In this document: piece after piece, positions 36,141 to 49,937 of the stretch
Layout of the letters: each line of letters opens with the position of its first letter
Numbering within the stretch: position 1 is the first letter of the stretch
Assembly (NCBI RefSeq): GCF_030684315.1
Contig: NC_081364.1
Location: 56,276,588 to 56,340,587, forward strand
Direction of reading: 5' to 3'
Source: Stegostoma tigrinum
Taxonomy: Eukaryota
Length of the DNA stretch: 64,000 nucleotides
The notes under the pieces: model-generated
The model's database searches: none
What the model was told of the DNA's origin: nothing
The model's input: only the letters and a program-made list of their open reading frames with translations
Position numbers and translations under genes: made by a program

Positions 36141-37539
36141 ATAATGTTGTTGATGTTGAGTTTAGACTTGCTATAGATGGGCTGAATCTCTTCCTCATTT
36201 CTAGCCATCTTCTAAACTTTATGACTTAGGCTAGATTTTTCTCAATTTGGAAAAGTGACTGGATTCATCTACCTGTTTATTTGAGACAAAAATGCAAAGC
36301 ATTTCTCTGGAGATGACTGTCCCTGATAAGCGAGGCAGGTACTTAGTCTGCCTGCAGCCTTGGTGCAATTTTCCATTGAGGCCTCCAGTCGTTTTCTTTT
36401 ATTTTCTGATAAAATTTTGAATATCTGTTTCCTGAGAGGGTTTAAAAATGTGTTAGTCTGAGTAATGGTTAGCAATAAAGTAATTGCGAAGAATCATAAA
36501 CACAAGTTGCTTTCTAGTTGGAAATAAGCTGCCTTAGGTCCACCTGTTTGTGAAGATTTATAACTCAAATCTTTCTTGCAAGTGCCCATGGGTTGTCTTG
36601 TTCCATCAGCTGCCTATTCTGAATAATCTCTTCATGCTGATATGATAAGGATCTTCAACAGATTTTGCCCACAGAACAGACGGTCACTTTTTTAGCTTCA
36701 AATTACAGACTATGTGACTATGTTTCTGGGTACTTTTAATGAGCCATCCTGCAATGTTCTTGTGGACGTAGCCAAGCAAAGAAAGCAGGACTTGTGTCCC
36801 AAGTGTCCATCTCGCTTGTGAGGTGCTAGTGTAAAAGTAATGTCACTGGCCTAATAATTTAGCAGTCCAGGCTATTGTCTGGGTGCAAATCTCAACAGAG
36901 CTGGTGGAATTTACAGAGGATATTGGAGAGGGTAGGCTGGAAAGTGTAGTTAATGTCACAATAAGATCAAACAAGAGGGACCACATATACTTTTTCGCAT
37001 TCATGTGATGTGGCGTTTAGTGCACAGCACATTGTTCTACTTCATACTCATGTATGATAATCTAGAGATCATTGGCATGGGTGAAGATGGCTTCAGTCAT
37101 CCCCAAGCCACTTGAAGAACCTGGTTATGTTGGGATTTTAGATTTTAATGGCTGTTGTGGAACCAAAGAACACTGGTATCTCCCAGAGTAATGTTGGATT
37201 AGGTGAGTGACATCACTCTCAAGTCATACATTAAGGATTGAAAACTTATCCTGTAACTGAGCATTGGTCATCTAAAGCCTTTTATACCTTATAGGTTCTA
37301 GTAGATTAATACACTGGAACATACAGACTCCTTCCACTCAAAAGCTCAAACACTTTCACTCACACTTTTGATGGGTCCAGTGGAAAGAACATGTAATGAG
37401 ATGTTAATTTGCACAAGGAATCTTTGTACAAAGATCTTTTCAATAAAAGTCATTTGCTAAGTGATTTAGGTCATCCAACACTCTATGGAATGAATTGCAA
37501 GCCCTCAACAGGTGAAGGCCCCAGGCAGAAAGTGGCCAG

Positions 37540-38030
37540 ACATAGGAGTTGAGACATTATATTCATGTTCTGTAGGATGTCAGTGAGGCCTCTTCTAGCG
37601 TGCTGTGTCTGGTTCTGGACACCCTGTTATAGGAAGGATATTAACAAGCTGGAGACGGCTCAGAAGAGATTTACCAGGATGTTGCGGGTTATGGAGGGTT
37701 TGAGTTATAAGGAAAGGCAAGACAGTCTGGGACTTCTTTCACTGGAGCATAGGCGTGGGGGATTTCAAGAATAGAGGACATATTTTTAAGATGAGAAGAG
37801 AAAGATTTTAAAAAAGACATGAGAGGCAATTCTTTTTACATAGTGGTTCATGTGTGGATTGAACTTCCATTGGAAGTGGTATATGCAGATACAGTTACAA
37901 CATTTAAGACATTTAGATAAGTGCACAAATAAAAAAAAAGTTTGGAGCAATATGGGACAAACACAGAAAGGTTGGCTTAATTTAGTTAAAGATTATGATC
38001 GGCATGGACTGGTCAGACTGTACGACCCTA
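37540..38030 (+). mobile_element. CR1 3' fragment
   Basis: ORF 37565-37774 contains VRPLLACCVWFWTPCYRKDINKLETAQKRFTRML. Confidence 0.88.
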
Positions 38031-40445
38031 GGTATCTTCTGCCACTGCTGAGTTACTTCCAAAATTGTATCTGGTAGACAACTCTCCCCAAATCTCTTCC
38101 TAAAAGATGACCTGGCATTCAAATTGATCATATTTTTGGATATTTTCCTTATACCTGCTTATATGACTTAGTGTCAACTCCTGTTTACTAATATTCCTGT
38201 GATTAATTGAGGTTCCTTTTACCATATTAAGAGTGGTATATACTGCTTTTCCTGTTGGATTATAATAGACCGCTTTCTGCGTCATTAGCTTCTCAAAGGT
38301 GCAGGAGTATTCCTAACAAAATCAAGAGCTTAAAAAATTGCAGAAATGTTGAAGCACTCACTTGGAGTATCCATCTGCAATTTGCTGTTTTTGGATTTCA
38401 CCGTAAGCTTCAATGCAGGCTCCACTGTGTTTTTTAAACCTTGGAGATCACTAGGCTGGAGACTTTTGTAGTGGATGTCTCCCTAGTGAGTGTGGTGAAT
38501 GAGTCATGTCCACACTCCACACTAGGTCAAACTTACATGCAGTAGGACGAGCTGAAGGTAGGCTCTGAAGGGGTAAGAAAAGTGGTAACTGACATTTCTT
38601 GCTGAGGTTTCAAGAGAATGTTTCCCTTTCTCTTATTTTTCTTGGTTTTGTGGACACATGTCCTTGTTATCAAATCTGTTAAGGCCCAAAAATGCTCTCC
38701 ACTTCACCCTTTGAATGATTTCAACATTATTCATTGCACTGCCTCATCCTATATGCTTGTAATTTACATCTGCTATTGTTCTGCACTCTTTCAGATCTGG
38801 TCCAAATGATTTTGTAGTTCCCAAAGAGCCATCTCAGAATCGATTACGTCTCTAATCTGGTGACTTCTGCAAATGTGACCGATTTGTATTCGACTTCTGC
38901 ACTCAAGCAATTGATATAAATTACAAATAGATAACTTAGTAATAATACATTCTGGTGCATCTGATTTAGGAAACTGTACTGCAACTCATCACAGATTGTA
39001 TATGTGTTCTATATTACAGCTTTTTAAAGTCCATTACTGAGTGTCACTTTGAATCCCATTTGTTTGTATCTGGAATTCAATATAGAATTCAGTCAATTTA
39101 CTTTTGCGTGTCCCGTTATGTCGTTTCTATGGGCCACTTCCTCAAAAATAAGGCAAGAGCTTTGTTCTCTGAATCTACATCAGTTCCTGTTGGCCAGATT
39201 ATCCCAAGCTTATTGCTGATACTTCATTACTACATAAAATAATGGTATTGATTTAAGAGTAATGTGTTTATGACTGCCTGTAACAGCTTCGTTGTCCATC
39301 ATGAAAATGGGCAGCTGCCTAGATCAATATATCATCATATCCTTGTGTGCACTGACTCTCTCAATTATCACCAGTGGCTCAATTATCTCACCTCTTGTCT
39401 CTCCCTCTATTTTGAAACAAAGGCAGATAATCCCTGTGGATTCATTTGTGTTGAACCCATTTAACCGATCTAGGACATCCATCTAATTTTTATTGAAATT
39501 AGTAACTGGACTTACTCTTTACACAAGGTCTTTTTATTTGTCAGCCTAATGAGCTTGGAGGCAATAATCATCTAGTCTATTAATTGTCTTGAGCTGATTT
39601 TTTAATATTATTTGCTTTTGCATCTTTTATGGTTTCACCTCATCTGTGATCGCATTCCTCGAGTTGTGGCAGCAATGTCGTCACATTTTATTTCTGCAGC
39701 ATTGCTTCATGTGTTCATCCAACCAAACGGGTACAACTTCTAAAAACCTGCCTTACGCAGGTTCATTTCAAATTGGCTTTGTTTATTTTTGTGCTTGGTA
39801 TGCTCCTACTCACAGAGTCATAGAAATTCACGGGACCGAAGAAAATCCTTGGATGTCAGGTTTCTGTCAATTGAAAGAAACCATTCCAGCCTAATCCAAC
39901 ACTTCAGCTCTTGGTCTATAGCCAACAGGCTATGACACATCTCAAGTCCATATCCAAACAAGTTTTAATGCAATGATTGTTAGAGCTATGGGATTGAATC
40001 GTCTTATATGTTCGCTAAATGTTGTCGACTGTCTCCGTCTCAGATAGCAGTTAGCCTCAGTGGAAGGGAGTTTAGAAGGCACAGAGTATTCTGACTGAAT
40101 CCATTCACTTTTTAATTCTCAAAGTCTCAAATATAAAGTATCCAAATGTTCCTGAATACCAATTGTAAACGATTAAAAGAAACCACGTCAGTCACTTTTC
40201 TGCTACCTCAATTTTGCACTTCTATCAAAACACATCACACAGGAGTGTTTAGCTGGCTAGGCACACCATTCCTTTGTTCTCCTTTATCTCGCCCTCCTAG
40301 CAAGGGATTGCTCATATGCTGTTTCACTCAGAGTTAAGCAAGGTGGCTGAGGGCACAGTGTTTCTTTCTTTCCCTGATTACACCTTTTTTCTTTGGTTTC
40401 TGTTTTTTATAATTTCCCCTGCTCTACTGCCATGCAGCAGCAGTG

Positions 40446-40586
40446 NNNNNNNNNNNNNNNNNNNNNNNNNNNNNNNNNNNNNNNNNNNNNNNNNNNNNNN
40501 NNNNNNNNNNNNNNNNNNNNNNNNNNNNNNNNNNNNNNNNNNNNNNNNNNNNNNNNNNNNNNNNNNNNNNNNNNNNNNNNNNNNNN
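40446..40586. other. Assembly gap (141 N)
   Basis: Run of n characters. Confidence 1.
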
Positions 40587-40619
40587 ACACCAGTTGTGCT
40601 GGTAACGATATTAATATCC

Positions 40620-40805
40620 CACCACCAGGAAGTGCTACACTTGCCCCCACACCACCTCCCTCACCCCCATCCCAGGCCCCAAGATGACTTTCCATGTTAA
40701 GCAGATGTTCACCTGCACATCTGCCAATGTAGTATACTGTATCTACTGTAACCAGTGTGGCTTCCTCTACATTGGAGAAACCAAGCAAAGGATCAAGACT
40801 GCTCA
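40620..40805 (+). mobile_element. Penelope GIY-YIG endonuclease fragment
   Basis: RKCYTCPHTTSLTPIPGPKMTFHVKQMFTCTSANVVYCIYCNQCGFLYIGETKQR, with an intact VVY...YIGET signature. Paralogous to about 32345-32500. Confidence 0.9.
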
Positions 40806-40919
40806 TATGGGGATGCCAAAATCTCCATGTGAAGACAGCCAAGTAAGTTTAATTGTGCTGTGATACTCTCCCATTATCACCACTGTAGATGTGGTCCTTA
40901 TAAGCTTTAGCAGCCACTG

Positions 40920-41770
40920 CCATTTCACAACTTGTTCCCTCTTTTTTCTCCCTTTTGCAGGTATCAACAGCATCTGAGCAGCCTCCATCCATAGCCTCTC
41001 CACCCCCTGAGGTGAAAGCCAAGAATCACTCAGAGTTTACCGCAGCAAGGATGTCTTCTGCACCCTCCACCATCTCTATCGAGATTAGATTCAGAATCAC
41101 ATTCCAACAAGCACATCATTGGCACATCTCCACAGCTGTTCAAGGAAGATTGTTCCAGATCGCTGGCTCTTTGAGGGCTGCCAGAGGCCAGGCACCTCTC
41201 CAGCCTTAGACTGGAGATGACCCCATGATAACAGCCATGGATAACCTCATGCAAATACACAGAAGCAGCAAGCAAGTCAGTGAGAAGCACTTGGTAAACT
41301 GAATTGAAGGTCAGAGGAGTCCATTACTATTATTGGTACCAGCATGGATACATTTGACCATTTCTACTTGTAGGCTAATGACCACCATGGAAAACCAGGT
41401 CTAGCAGAATGGTCAGTGGCTGCTGTAAATTGACACAGACCTGCACTCCATCATTGATACATTGCTGCTCAGAATCAGCAACAAGGCAACCTAAGGAATG
41501 AGGGACTGTAATCTCACATGCCCCCAAGGACACAGACATGCCAGTGGATGGAAGATACAGTTCTCTTCTCAGGACGCATTAGAGGAGCTGAGCCTCTTTG
41601 TCTCCAGCCTGTCTGCAATCCCTAGCCCTGCAGAAATTGCAGCTGAGGAAGGTGGCCAGCATCTGAGCAGAGCACTTTCAACATGTCTGAACACTCTAGC
41701 CAGAAATATATCCAGGGTTGTCTGCCCACTGTTTCCAGGCAAACAGACACCATTGCCTCCAGTGATCTAA
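40920..41770 (+). mobile_element. Probable Harbinger Myb/SANT accessory gene remnant
   Basis: Strong splice acceptor (CTTTTTTCTCCCTTTTGCAG ending at 40960), then a Ser/Pro-rich and a coiled-coil-like degenerate frame with stops. Layout resembles 61200-62200. Confidence 0.3.
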
Positions 41771-42077
41771 CAGTAAATATCCTTTTTTTATGGCATGTAA
41801 CTCTTGGAATGATGGAATATCAATTACAGATCCATTTTATGGCATTTAGCTGACTGAATGAGGCAGGATCTTCAGAGTTATCATAATATAGACATGATAA
41901 CAGCCTCTAGGACATCTGGTGCAGACCCTAAAGATGTGGTGGTGATGATCACAGATGAGTTGGACATTGCTCAAGTGGAATTCTTAAATTAATGAATTCA
42001 AATGCAGTTAATATGGCACTCTCAACAACTTGTGTGTACAGTCTATTATACAGGTCCCCAGTGCATCCTTCAGAAAG

Positions 42078-42682
42078 AGTTATAGAGCCATTAAGCATGC
42101 AAATCAAGCCTTTGGACCAACCAAATATTTGCTTCATGCTGACAATAATCCAAACTAAACTAGTTTCCCCTACCCACTTGGCCCATATCCTTCCAAATAT
42201 TTCTTATTCATGTACTTACCTGAATGTCTTTTACACATTGTAACTATATCTGCATCCATCACTTCCTGTGGAAGTTCAATCCACACATGAAACACTCTCT
42301 GTATAAAACAAATTTCCAATAATGATTTTTTAAAAATCTTTGTCTTCTCACCTTAAAAATTCGTCCCTTGGTTTTGAAATCCCCAACCCTGGAGAAAAGG
42401 CACCTGCCATTCACCTTATCTATACACCTCATGATTTTATAAACCTCTACAAGATCACCTCTCAACCTCCTGAGCTCCAGGGAAAAAAAAATGTACCAGC
42501 CTATCCAGCCTCTCCTTATAACTCAAACCCTCCATGCCCGGCAACATCTTGTTAAATCTCTTCTGAACACTCTCCAGCTCAATAATATCCTTTACACAAC
42601 AGGGAAATCAGAACTGGACACAATATTCCAGAAGAAGCCTCACCAATGTCCTATAAAGCCTCAACATGATGACCTAACTCCT
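42078..42682 (-). mobile_element. CR1 3' fragment
   Basis: Minus ORF 42259-42465 reads RGDLVEVYKIMRCIDKVNGRCLFSRVGDFKTKGRIFKVR. Confidence 0.9.
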
Positions 42683-43164
42683 ATAAAATAAATGCATTGT
42701 CCCCTTGACAGCATCAGGGTGGAAAGGCCATCCATTCCTTCAGCAGATGGCACTGTTTTGTTTTGGTGTCCCAGGATGTCCTCAGTCTGTGCCCGTACTG
42801 GATTCAGTCATCTGAGGAAATGACAGTGAGAACAGTACATCCTGAGCTTCTTAAACAACCTCCACATCCTGAAGGGGATCCTCTATTGTGGCTTCTCCAT
42901 GTGGAGGCTACTTGGCAACCACTGGAGGTTACTGTTAATCCTGGGCTAGGACCCAAGGAGGATGTCTTGGAATAGTGCATGGGATCCTCTCGGAGTCTGA
43001 CGTCACTGTCAGTGATGACAAAAAGCATTTTCCCATTTCGGAGGTGAACCAGCAATAGAAGCATCACTGTATGCTACTTTCAGTTTTGTTGCTTAACTGA
43101 GCTTTAAGTCCAGTTTTAAAGCCAAAGCCTCTTTTGCAAACAATGAGATAGGGAATAAAAGAAA

Positions 43165-43394
43165 CCTGTCTGTCCCCTCTCACCCTATCTTCTCCTTTAT
43201 CCATCTTCTATCTGCATCCCCCTGTCTCCCTATTTATTTCAGAACCCCCTTCCCCTCCCTCATTTCTGAAGAAGGGTCTAGGCACTAAACATCAGTCTTC
43301 CTGCTCCTCTGATGCTGCTTGGCCTGCTGTGTTCATCCAGCTCCACACTGTGTTATCTCAGATTCTCCAGCATCGGCAGCTCCTGCTATCACTG
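43165..43394 (+). mobile_element. Penelope 3'UTR/pseudo-LTR fragment including the tail
   Basis: CTGAAGAAGGGTCTAGGC...CTGCTCCTCTGATGCTGCTTGGCCTGCTGTGTTCATCCAG...TTATCTCAGATTCTCCAGCATC...TATCACTG. Confidence 0.88.
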
Positions 43395-44012
43395 TAACCA
43401 CAAATACACTTTGTTTTATCCATATGCTGCATAAGTACATAACTCATGCTTCAGCTCACTAATTGCTTAATCCTTAGCAAACTTCCCCACTTAAAATACT
43501 CAAACTGATCCCAATCGCTAAAAATGGAGGCAGGATAATATGAATTTGTGAAATGGGAGCACTCGCTAATGATATCCATCTTTCATACTGAAGGTTTATA
43601 CCTTTACAGATCTCTTCAACAATCCCAATATGCTGCTCCACACAAACACTGTTTTTGTTTTTAAATGTCCCACTGATTTCTTTCAAATTGTTTGTTTGGA
43701 TTTTTACCTCAATTTTTCTGCACTTACTTTGTGCAGTAGCAATATCTGCAAAATCTCCAATGGATTAGTTAATGCTTGAATCTATGTTTTTTGTCAGGGT
43801 GTGCTTTGTGAAGTGCTTTTTTTCCCGTCATATTTCAAAATCATTTTGCATATTGCTGAAAATAATTTTCCATGTTCAGCAATGTGGCCATGACTATAGA
43901 AAGAAATGTCTTTCAGTGATATCCCCAGAGAAACAGAAAATAATGAGATTCACGCTTTTCAATTGGCTCAAAACTTCCACAAAGTAATAATAAAGGTCAT
44001 TTACTTCACTGT

Positions 44013-44157
44013 GATAACAAAGTGCGGAGCTGGGTGAACACAGCAGGCCAAGCAGCATCTTAGGTGTACTCCTCTGATGCTGCTTGGCCTGCTGTGTTCA
44101 TCCAGCTCCATACTTTTTTATCTCGGATTCTCCAGCATCTGCAGTTCCCATTATCTC
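44013..44157. mobile_element. Penelope family A fold-back mini-insertion
   Basis: About 50-bp inverted arms plus tail. TSD TCATTTACTTCAC(T/C)GT at 43997-44012 and 44158-44173. Confidence 0.9.
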
Positions 44158-44338
44158 TCATTTACTTCACCGTAATTGTCAGCCATGCATCTTGCTCAAC
44201 TGAAAGTTCTAGTTCAAACAAGACGTACAATCATTAGATTATTGGATTGTTTTCTTGCTTAATGAAGACATCTTTCTCTTAGTTGATAAATAAGTAATCA
44301 AATAAATAAGCATGATCGGACATGAACCCTCTTCAGAA

Positions 44339-44620
44339 GGGTAACATGGTGGTTCAGTTGTTAGCACAGCTGCTTCACAGTGCCAGAGGCCTAGGTTTGA
44401 TTCTGCCCTTGGATGACCGTCTATGTGGAGTTTGAAAGTTCTCCCTATGACTGCTTAAGTTTCCTCTGGTTTCCTATCACAGCCCAAAGAGGTTTAGGCC
44501 AGGTGGATCAGCCATGGGAAATGCAGGGTTGCAGCAATGATTTGGTTGGGGCCCTCTTTGGAGGGACAGTTTGGACTCAATGTGCCAATTTGCCTGCTTC
44601 CACACTATAGGGAATCAATG
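44339..44620 (+). mobile_element. HE1/V-SINE-type SINE
   Basis: GGTGGTTCAGTTGTTAGCACAGCTGCTTCACAGTGCCAGAGG head, and tail CACACTATAGGGAATCAATG. Confidence 0.8.
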
Positions 44621-44704
44621 AAGTCTGAATTTAAAAATTTTCAGCCTCACCTCTCAATTTCATTTCATTTTCTTTGGTCTGGTAATCAGGTTTATTTAAA
44701 GACC

Positions 44705-45592
44705 ACGCATTAGTGAAAAAGGTTTTCTTGGATTATTGAGGAATCTTGATGAAATGGGTCAATGGACTGAAAAATGGCAGATGGGGTTCCATCTGGATAA
44801 ATGCAAGGTACTGCATTTTGGTACAATAAACAAGGGTAGCACTTACACAATTAATGATAGGGCTTGGAGTAATGTTGTAGATCAGAGGGACTTAGGAACT
44901 CAGGTACATAATTCTTTGAAGCTTGTGTCAGTTATAGACAGAACGGTTAAAAAGGCATTTGGTACACCTTGCCTTCATTGCTCAGTCCTTTGACTATCAG
45001 AGTTGGCAAGCCATGTTGAGGTTACATAGGACGTTGGTGAGGTATCTTCTAGAGTACTGTGTCCAGTTCTGGTCACCCAGTTATACGATGGATATTATCA
45101 AGCTGGAGAGGGTTTAGAACAGATTCAACAGGATGTTGCTGGGTATGGAAAGTTTGAAATATTAAGAAAGGCTGGATAGGCTGGAACTTTTTCCACAGGA
45201 GCATAGGAGGTTGAGATGCAACCTGACTGAAGTTTATAAAATAATGAAGGGTATAGATAGAGTTAATGGTAGGTATATTTTCCCTGGGATGGGGAATTTC
45301 AAGATTAGGGGGCACATTGCTGAGGTGAGAGGAGAGTGATTTTAAAAATGATTTAAAGGGCAAATTTTTTTACACAGAGGGTGGTTTGCATGTGGAGTGA
45401 ACTTTCAGCACAATTTGTAGATGCAGGTACAATTACAATCTTCAAGAAACATTTGGATAAGTACATGAATAGGAAAGATTTGGAGGGATATGGGCCAGGA
45501 ACAGGCAGGTGGGATGAATTAAGTTTCGGGTTATGGTAGGTATGCACTGGTGAGATTGAAGGGTCTGTTTCCATGTTGTATAACTCTATACT
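44705..45592 (+). mobile_element. CR1 (HER1-like) RT C-terminus and 3'UTR
   Basis: WTEKWQMGFHLDKCKVLHFG...QRDLGTQVHNSLK. 3' end TCCATGTTGTATAACTCTATACTCT. Confidence 0.92.
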
Positions 45593-46099
45593 CTGGCTGA
45601 TTACCTTCTGCCCTCATCCACCCCACCACATTGGTATGTACATGTGCAGGGCTACTGGTGCTAGTGGTGGAAGGGAATGGAGGGATAGAGAATTCAACAA
45701 CTGCAGAACTTTATCCATAAGCCCAGTCAAGATTTGAGAATTGGGATCGTTGTCATATCTGATGCATGCTTGCTGGTTTCTGCTAATGTAATTATTCCTA
45801 AAAAAATAGTTTGTGCATAGCACAACGATATATATTCCTTTACAGCAAGTGTTAAATGTTGCATCACATTCAGACACACTCTCTATCTCTCTTCCTCTTT
45901 CTTCTTCTAGATATGTATTCATTTCAGGACTTTTGACTGTTTTACTGATCAATGGATGGCTGGGCCCAATGGATGTTTCCTTCATGCAGTGTTCAAAGAG
46001 AGCTGGAGGCAGGAGGCACGGGGGAGGATTACATTTTTCTCCTTTCAATACAGTTCCATTCATATTCCCATATTGTGTGCTACCACACCTGACTCACTT

Positions 46100-46255
46100 C
46101 CAAAAGAAGGAACCGTGGAAGCTGGAAATCTGAAATGAAAACAGAAATTGCTAAAGAATAACTCTGAAGAAGCTTGCTGAACTTGAGACTCTAACTGTTT
46201 TCTCTCCATAGATGTTGCCAGACCTGTTGGGTTACTCCAGCAATTTCTGTTTCTC
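46100..46255. mobile_element. Old Penelope-like family C fold-back
   Basis: AAACAGAAATTGCT / AGCAATTTCTGTTT inverted arms around a decayed CTGAAGAAG hammerhead core. Confidence 0.6.
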
Positions 46256-49200
46256 TCTCATTCTAGTATGATTTGGTTTCATTTGTCAAACACACTGCCA
46301 ATATATGATCTGAAAGCTGCTGTATTATGTTAGCTCATATAACATATATCACAGGGATTGGGCTCTGTTGAGTTACATGTCTTGGAGTTTATTAACTACA
46401 CTAATTACTCATATAAATATTATGTTACAGGCTTAAATAATATCCGCTTTGTGCTCAGTGATGTATCTATAAATTGCATACACATTACTCACTAACATAC
46501 CAATCTGATTCAATTACACTGACAGTCATCTTTATAATGGAATGCCATATATTATAACGTCACTTAATTAACTTAAATATATTCTTCCTATATGGTCTGG
46601 AATTCATGCATTAGCACAACAAGGTCGTCCCTCTGTAAAGTGTTGAGGGTGGGGATAAAAGACAATACATTCCGTAGTAGCTTGCTGGTCCTGCCTGCCC
46701 CACATCTGAGGAAACAATGGATTAAATTGGAAATCTAAAGACACGATATCTCATGGTCAAGCAGTAAATATGACTGAAACAGAACTTGTGCATTAAAATG
46801 CTGGGAGAAACTTAAGCATCTTTAATCGGCCTGTCCAATTTTGTTATAAGTTTGACCAATGTTGACTTTATATTTTAATTTTATATTTGTTACGCTGCCT
46901 CAATCATTTCTCTGACATATAGAATTAACTAGGTCACTTATCATCTTTCAACATCTGGATGTCAAGTGGTAGAGCTTGAATTGCTTCTGGCTTCAAAATA
47001 AATAACATTTTTACGCAAATTTAACTCAAACAATGAAACTCGGAGAATTTTTCTTCATTTCTAATAAGCCAGCCTCTTGTCCCTGTTGTAAGTAAATGAC
47101 CGAAGCTCTTTTGTTGGCAGTATTAAAATAAATCATAAATAAACAAATCTGAGACATACTTCATCAGTAGTTGATCATTCTTCATCCGTTATTTTACCTC
47201 ACCAAAAATAACCCAAACTGATAGATGCTCCAGGTATCACTGACACATTCATAGACTGGCATCACTGTAAGGACTGTGCTATTGTTTATTTGTTCTCACA
47301 GTTACTTTTTAGTCCAGACAGGATTACGCCAGGTAAAGTTTAAACCGAAAGCAATAGCCTGAGGTCTGAGTGTATATCTGAAAAATGTGTGGATCTATAA
47401 ACTGTCCATCAGATCAAAGTGCCCTCCACTAACTTTCTTTTCCACAGTAAATAGGATTATAGAAACCAAAATGGATCCACAAATTACTTCAGTCACTGAA
47501 GCTTAAGAGTCATTGGACAAAAAAGAACAGCTCAATAAATAAAGCTGCAAGCCGCCATCAAGCTGCATTCTTTTCCATCAAAGTCTTTTTTTTCACCATT
47601 CAGTAATTATGCCTCTGAAAAGCACACAATAGATTTGATATAACAAGCTCTTCATATCTATAAAAAAGAAAGCATCCCAGCATCAGGCTCTCAGCAATGG
47701 CTGTTTGACCCCTTATTCCACAGCTTATGTATGGTGCAAATCCAAATAGCAATTATTCCAAGCATTCTAAGCTCAGTGGAGTTCTAATTCAGTGTCAGTG
47801 ATTCTGCATCTCTGTTAAATTTGGCATTTATCAGGCTCAATTTCATCAAAATCGTTGCACTTCATAATGAATTCACACTCCTTCCCCAAACTCAAACTTA
47901 TTAACCTGAAACATGCTCCAGTCAGGAAGTTGAATCACTGCACCATCACCGTTGCCAGTTGTCGCTAAACAAACAGAATGCACCTGATGTAGCCTAAGCT
48001 CTGCAGTGAGTTGGGAAGCTAGATGATGCTATTAATCTGCTTGAGTAAGCATCGCACATTTCCCAGAATGGACTGCATTGAAATAAATTTCAACCTCGAA
48101 CGCAACCTCAGCAAGCAATGTCAGACATATTTACACAAAACAGCACAGTGTGTTAGGTTTGTTTTGAACGAAAACAGAAGTTGCGGGTTATATATTTGGC
48201 AGTGTACTTGAATGTTTACAAAGTGGAATTTGAGTCAGATGCTTTATGATTTGTGGAGGTACTATTTTATTACTCTGTAGACAAACAAGGGAAATGGGTT
48301 TCTATGTGTTTTCCCACATGGCAGATGGAAATAGTGTCAAGACTGTGCTTGCTACCTACCTTGCTGCACACGTGACGTCTTCACCCATGGTAAACTCACC
48401 TAGTAATCAGGAAATCTTCACCAATGGTAAGTTCTGATCTTTGATGGGTTCTTTTAGAAGTGTTTTTCATGTAAAAGAAGGGAACTTATAAGGATACCAA
48501 CCCATATTATTATCCTCCTTATAGAAATCAGATAAAGAACAGGGCAGTAGAGGCTACAACTAGATTGCTGACCCAATTCTACTTTGCTCAGTACATCAGC
48601 GTGAGATCAAAGATGATGCGTTGTAGTTTGAAAAGTTGGAAGCAAAACAGTAAGGTTAAGTATTAAGGTCTCATAGATTTTACAAAATATATATAAATCT
48701 ATAAGTTGGATGTAATTATTACATGTAATGCTAAGTATACTACCAGGAATGATGCACTAACTGTTGCGTATACAAGCTCAAATTGGATATTTCTTGACCA
48801 GAATACTGGCTTAAATGAAATATTTACTGACAAGCGTATTCACTGGTATGGCGCATTGCCTTGCTCATGCATCTGTGAGAATGTGACAATGTGGAGTACC
48901 ATTGGAATATAAGCGCCATTCAGCCCATCAGAAGCCTCTGTCATTTCTTGGTAGCTTTCAGAAATGTACCCCTCCCAACAGACACTTAATTATAGAATTT
49001 GTTGAGTGTGTATTGACATGTTGTTAGGTATCCAGCAGGTATTGACTCCAATTTGCGAGAAAATGCAACACTCATTCTACTAGAAAACACTGAAATACAG
49101 AATAAAAATTTTAAAATGTAATGGTCCTGATTTTTCAGTAGCAGTACGGACAAAATTGCCATTATACCTCTAGCTGATAGCAATTTTTGGAATTGAGACC

Positions 49201-49702
49201 CATGAAGAATAATATAGAAATCCAGAAATTGCTGTGTACAATTTTGCACTTCTCAAGTGGTTGTAACATTGAACCCCCTCCACTACGTCTCTCCCACTTC
49301 CTGGAATGTAATCAATTAGGAATCTTTGATATGATAAGGCCTTAATTTCTTGAATTCTTAGTCTGATTGTAAAGAAAAACTTGAAAAAATTATACATTTT
49401 GAACATGACATAATTGGGTTGTTAAGGGTGTACAACGTTCACCCATACTGCTGAAAATTCTCATCGGCCCAAAAGAGGAGCTTTATATTTGTGGAATTCC
49501 AAGGTTTATGTCAAATCAATGTTAAGCTTGGTTATGATAAATTGGCTTCTATAATTATTCATTTGTATGCTCGGGTTTTTTTGTTTTAATATCTATGAAC
49601 ATTATAAACATAGAGTAAAGGTATTCAATGGATTTTACCTGGTTTGCTGCCGAGAGCAATGCTGCAGTGTGAACAGCTCCTGAACCTGCTTTATGATGCC
49701 AC

Positions 49703-49937
49703 TGTAACTATTGAAATGAGGGGAGCCCAGGGGACCCCAGACAACATGAGCTCGCTGATTGGGGCTGTTAATCTGGTTCAATCAGGGATTCCTGGCTGAC
49801 AGATAAGAACACAAATGTCAGAGGCTCTGTTCACTCTGACAGCTCTATCTGAGGGAACTGTATCAGTGTCAAGGACTCTTCACGCCTCAACAAGGAGTGA
49901 CCTGATGAAGTATACTGGCCTCTGTGGAGTAACTTCA
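49703..49937 (+). mobile_element. Short solo LTR (Gypsy-like)
   Basis: TGTAAC...TTCA termini, flanking GCCAC/GTCAC (49698-49702, 49938-49942). Resembles a recalled shark LTR family. Confidence 0.6.

Noticed and set aside
40316-40842. ORFs spanning the N run
   Set aside because: Artefacts of translating through the assembly gap.
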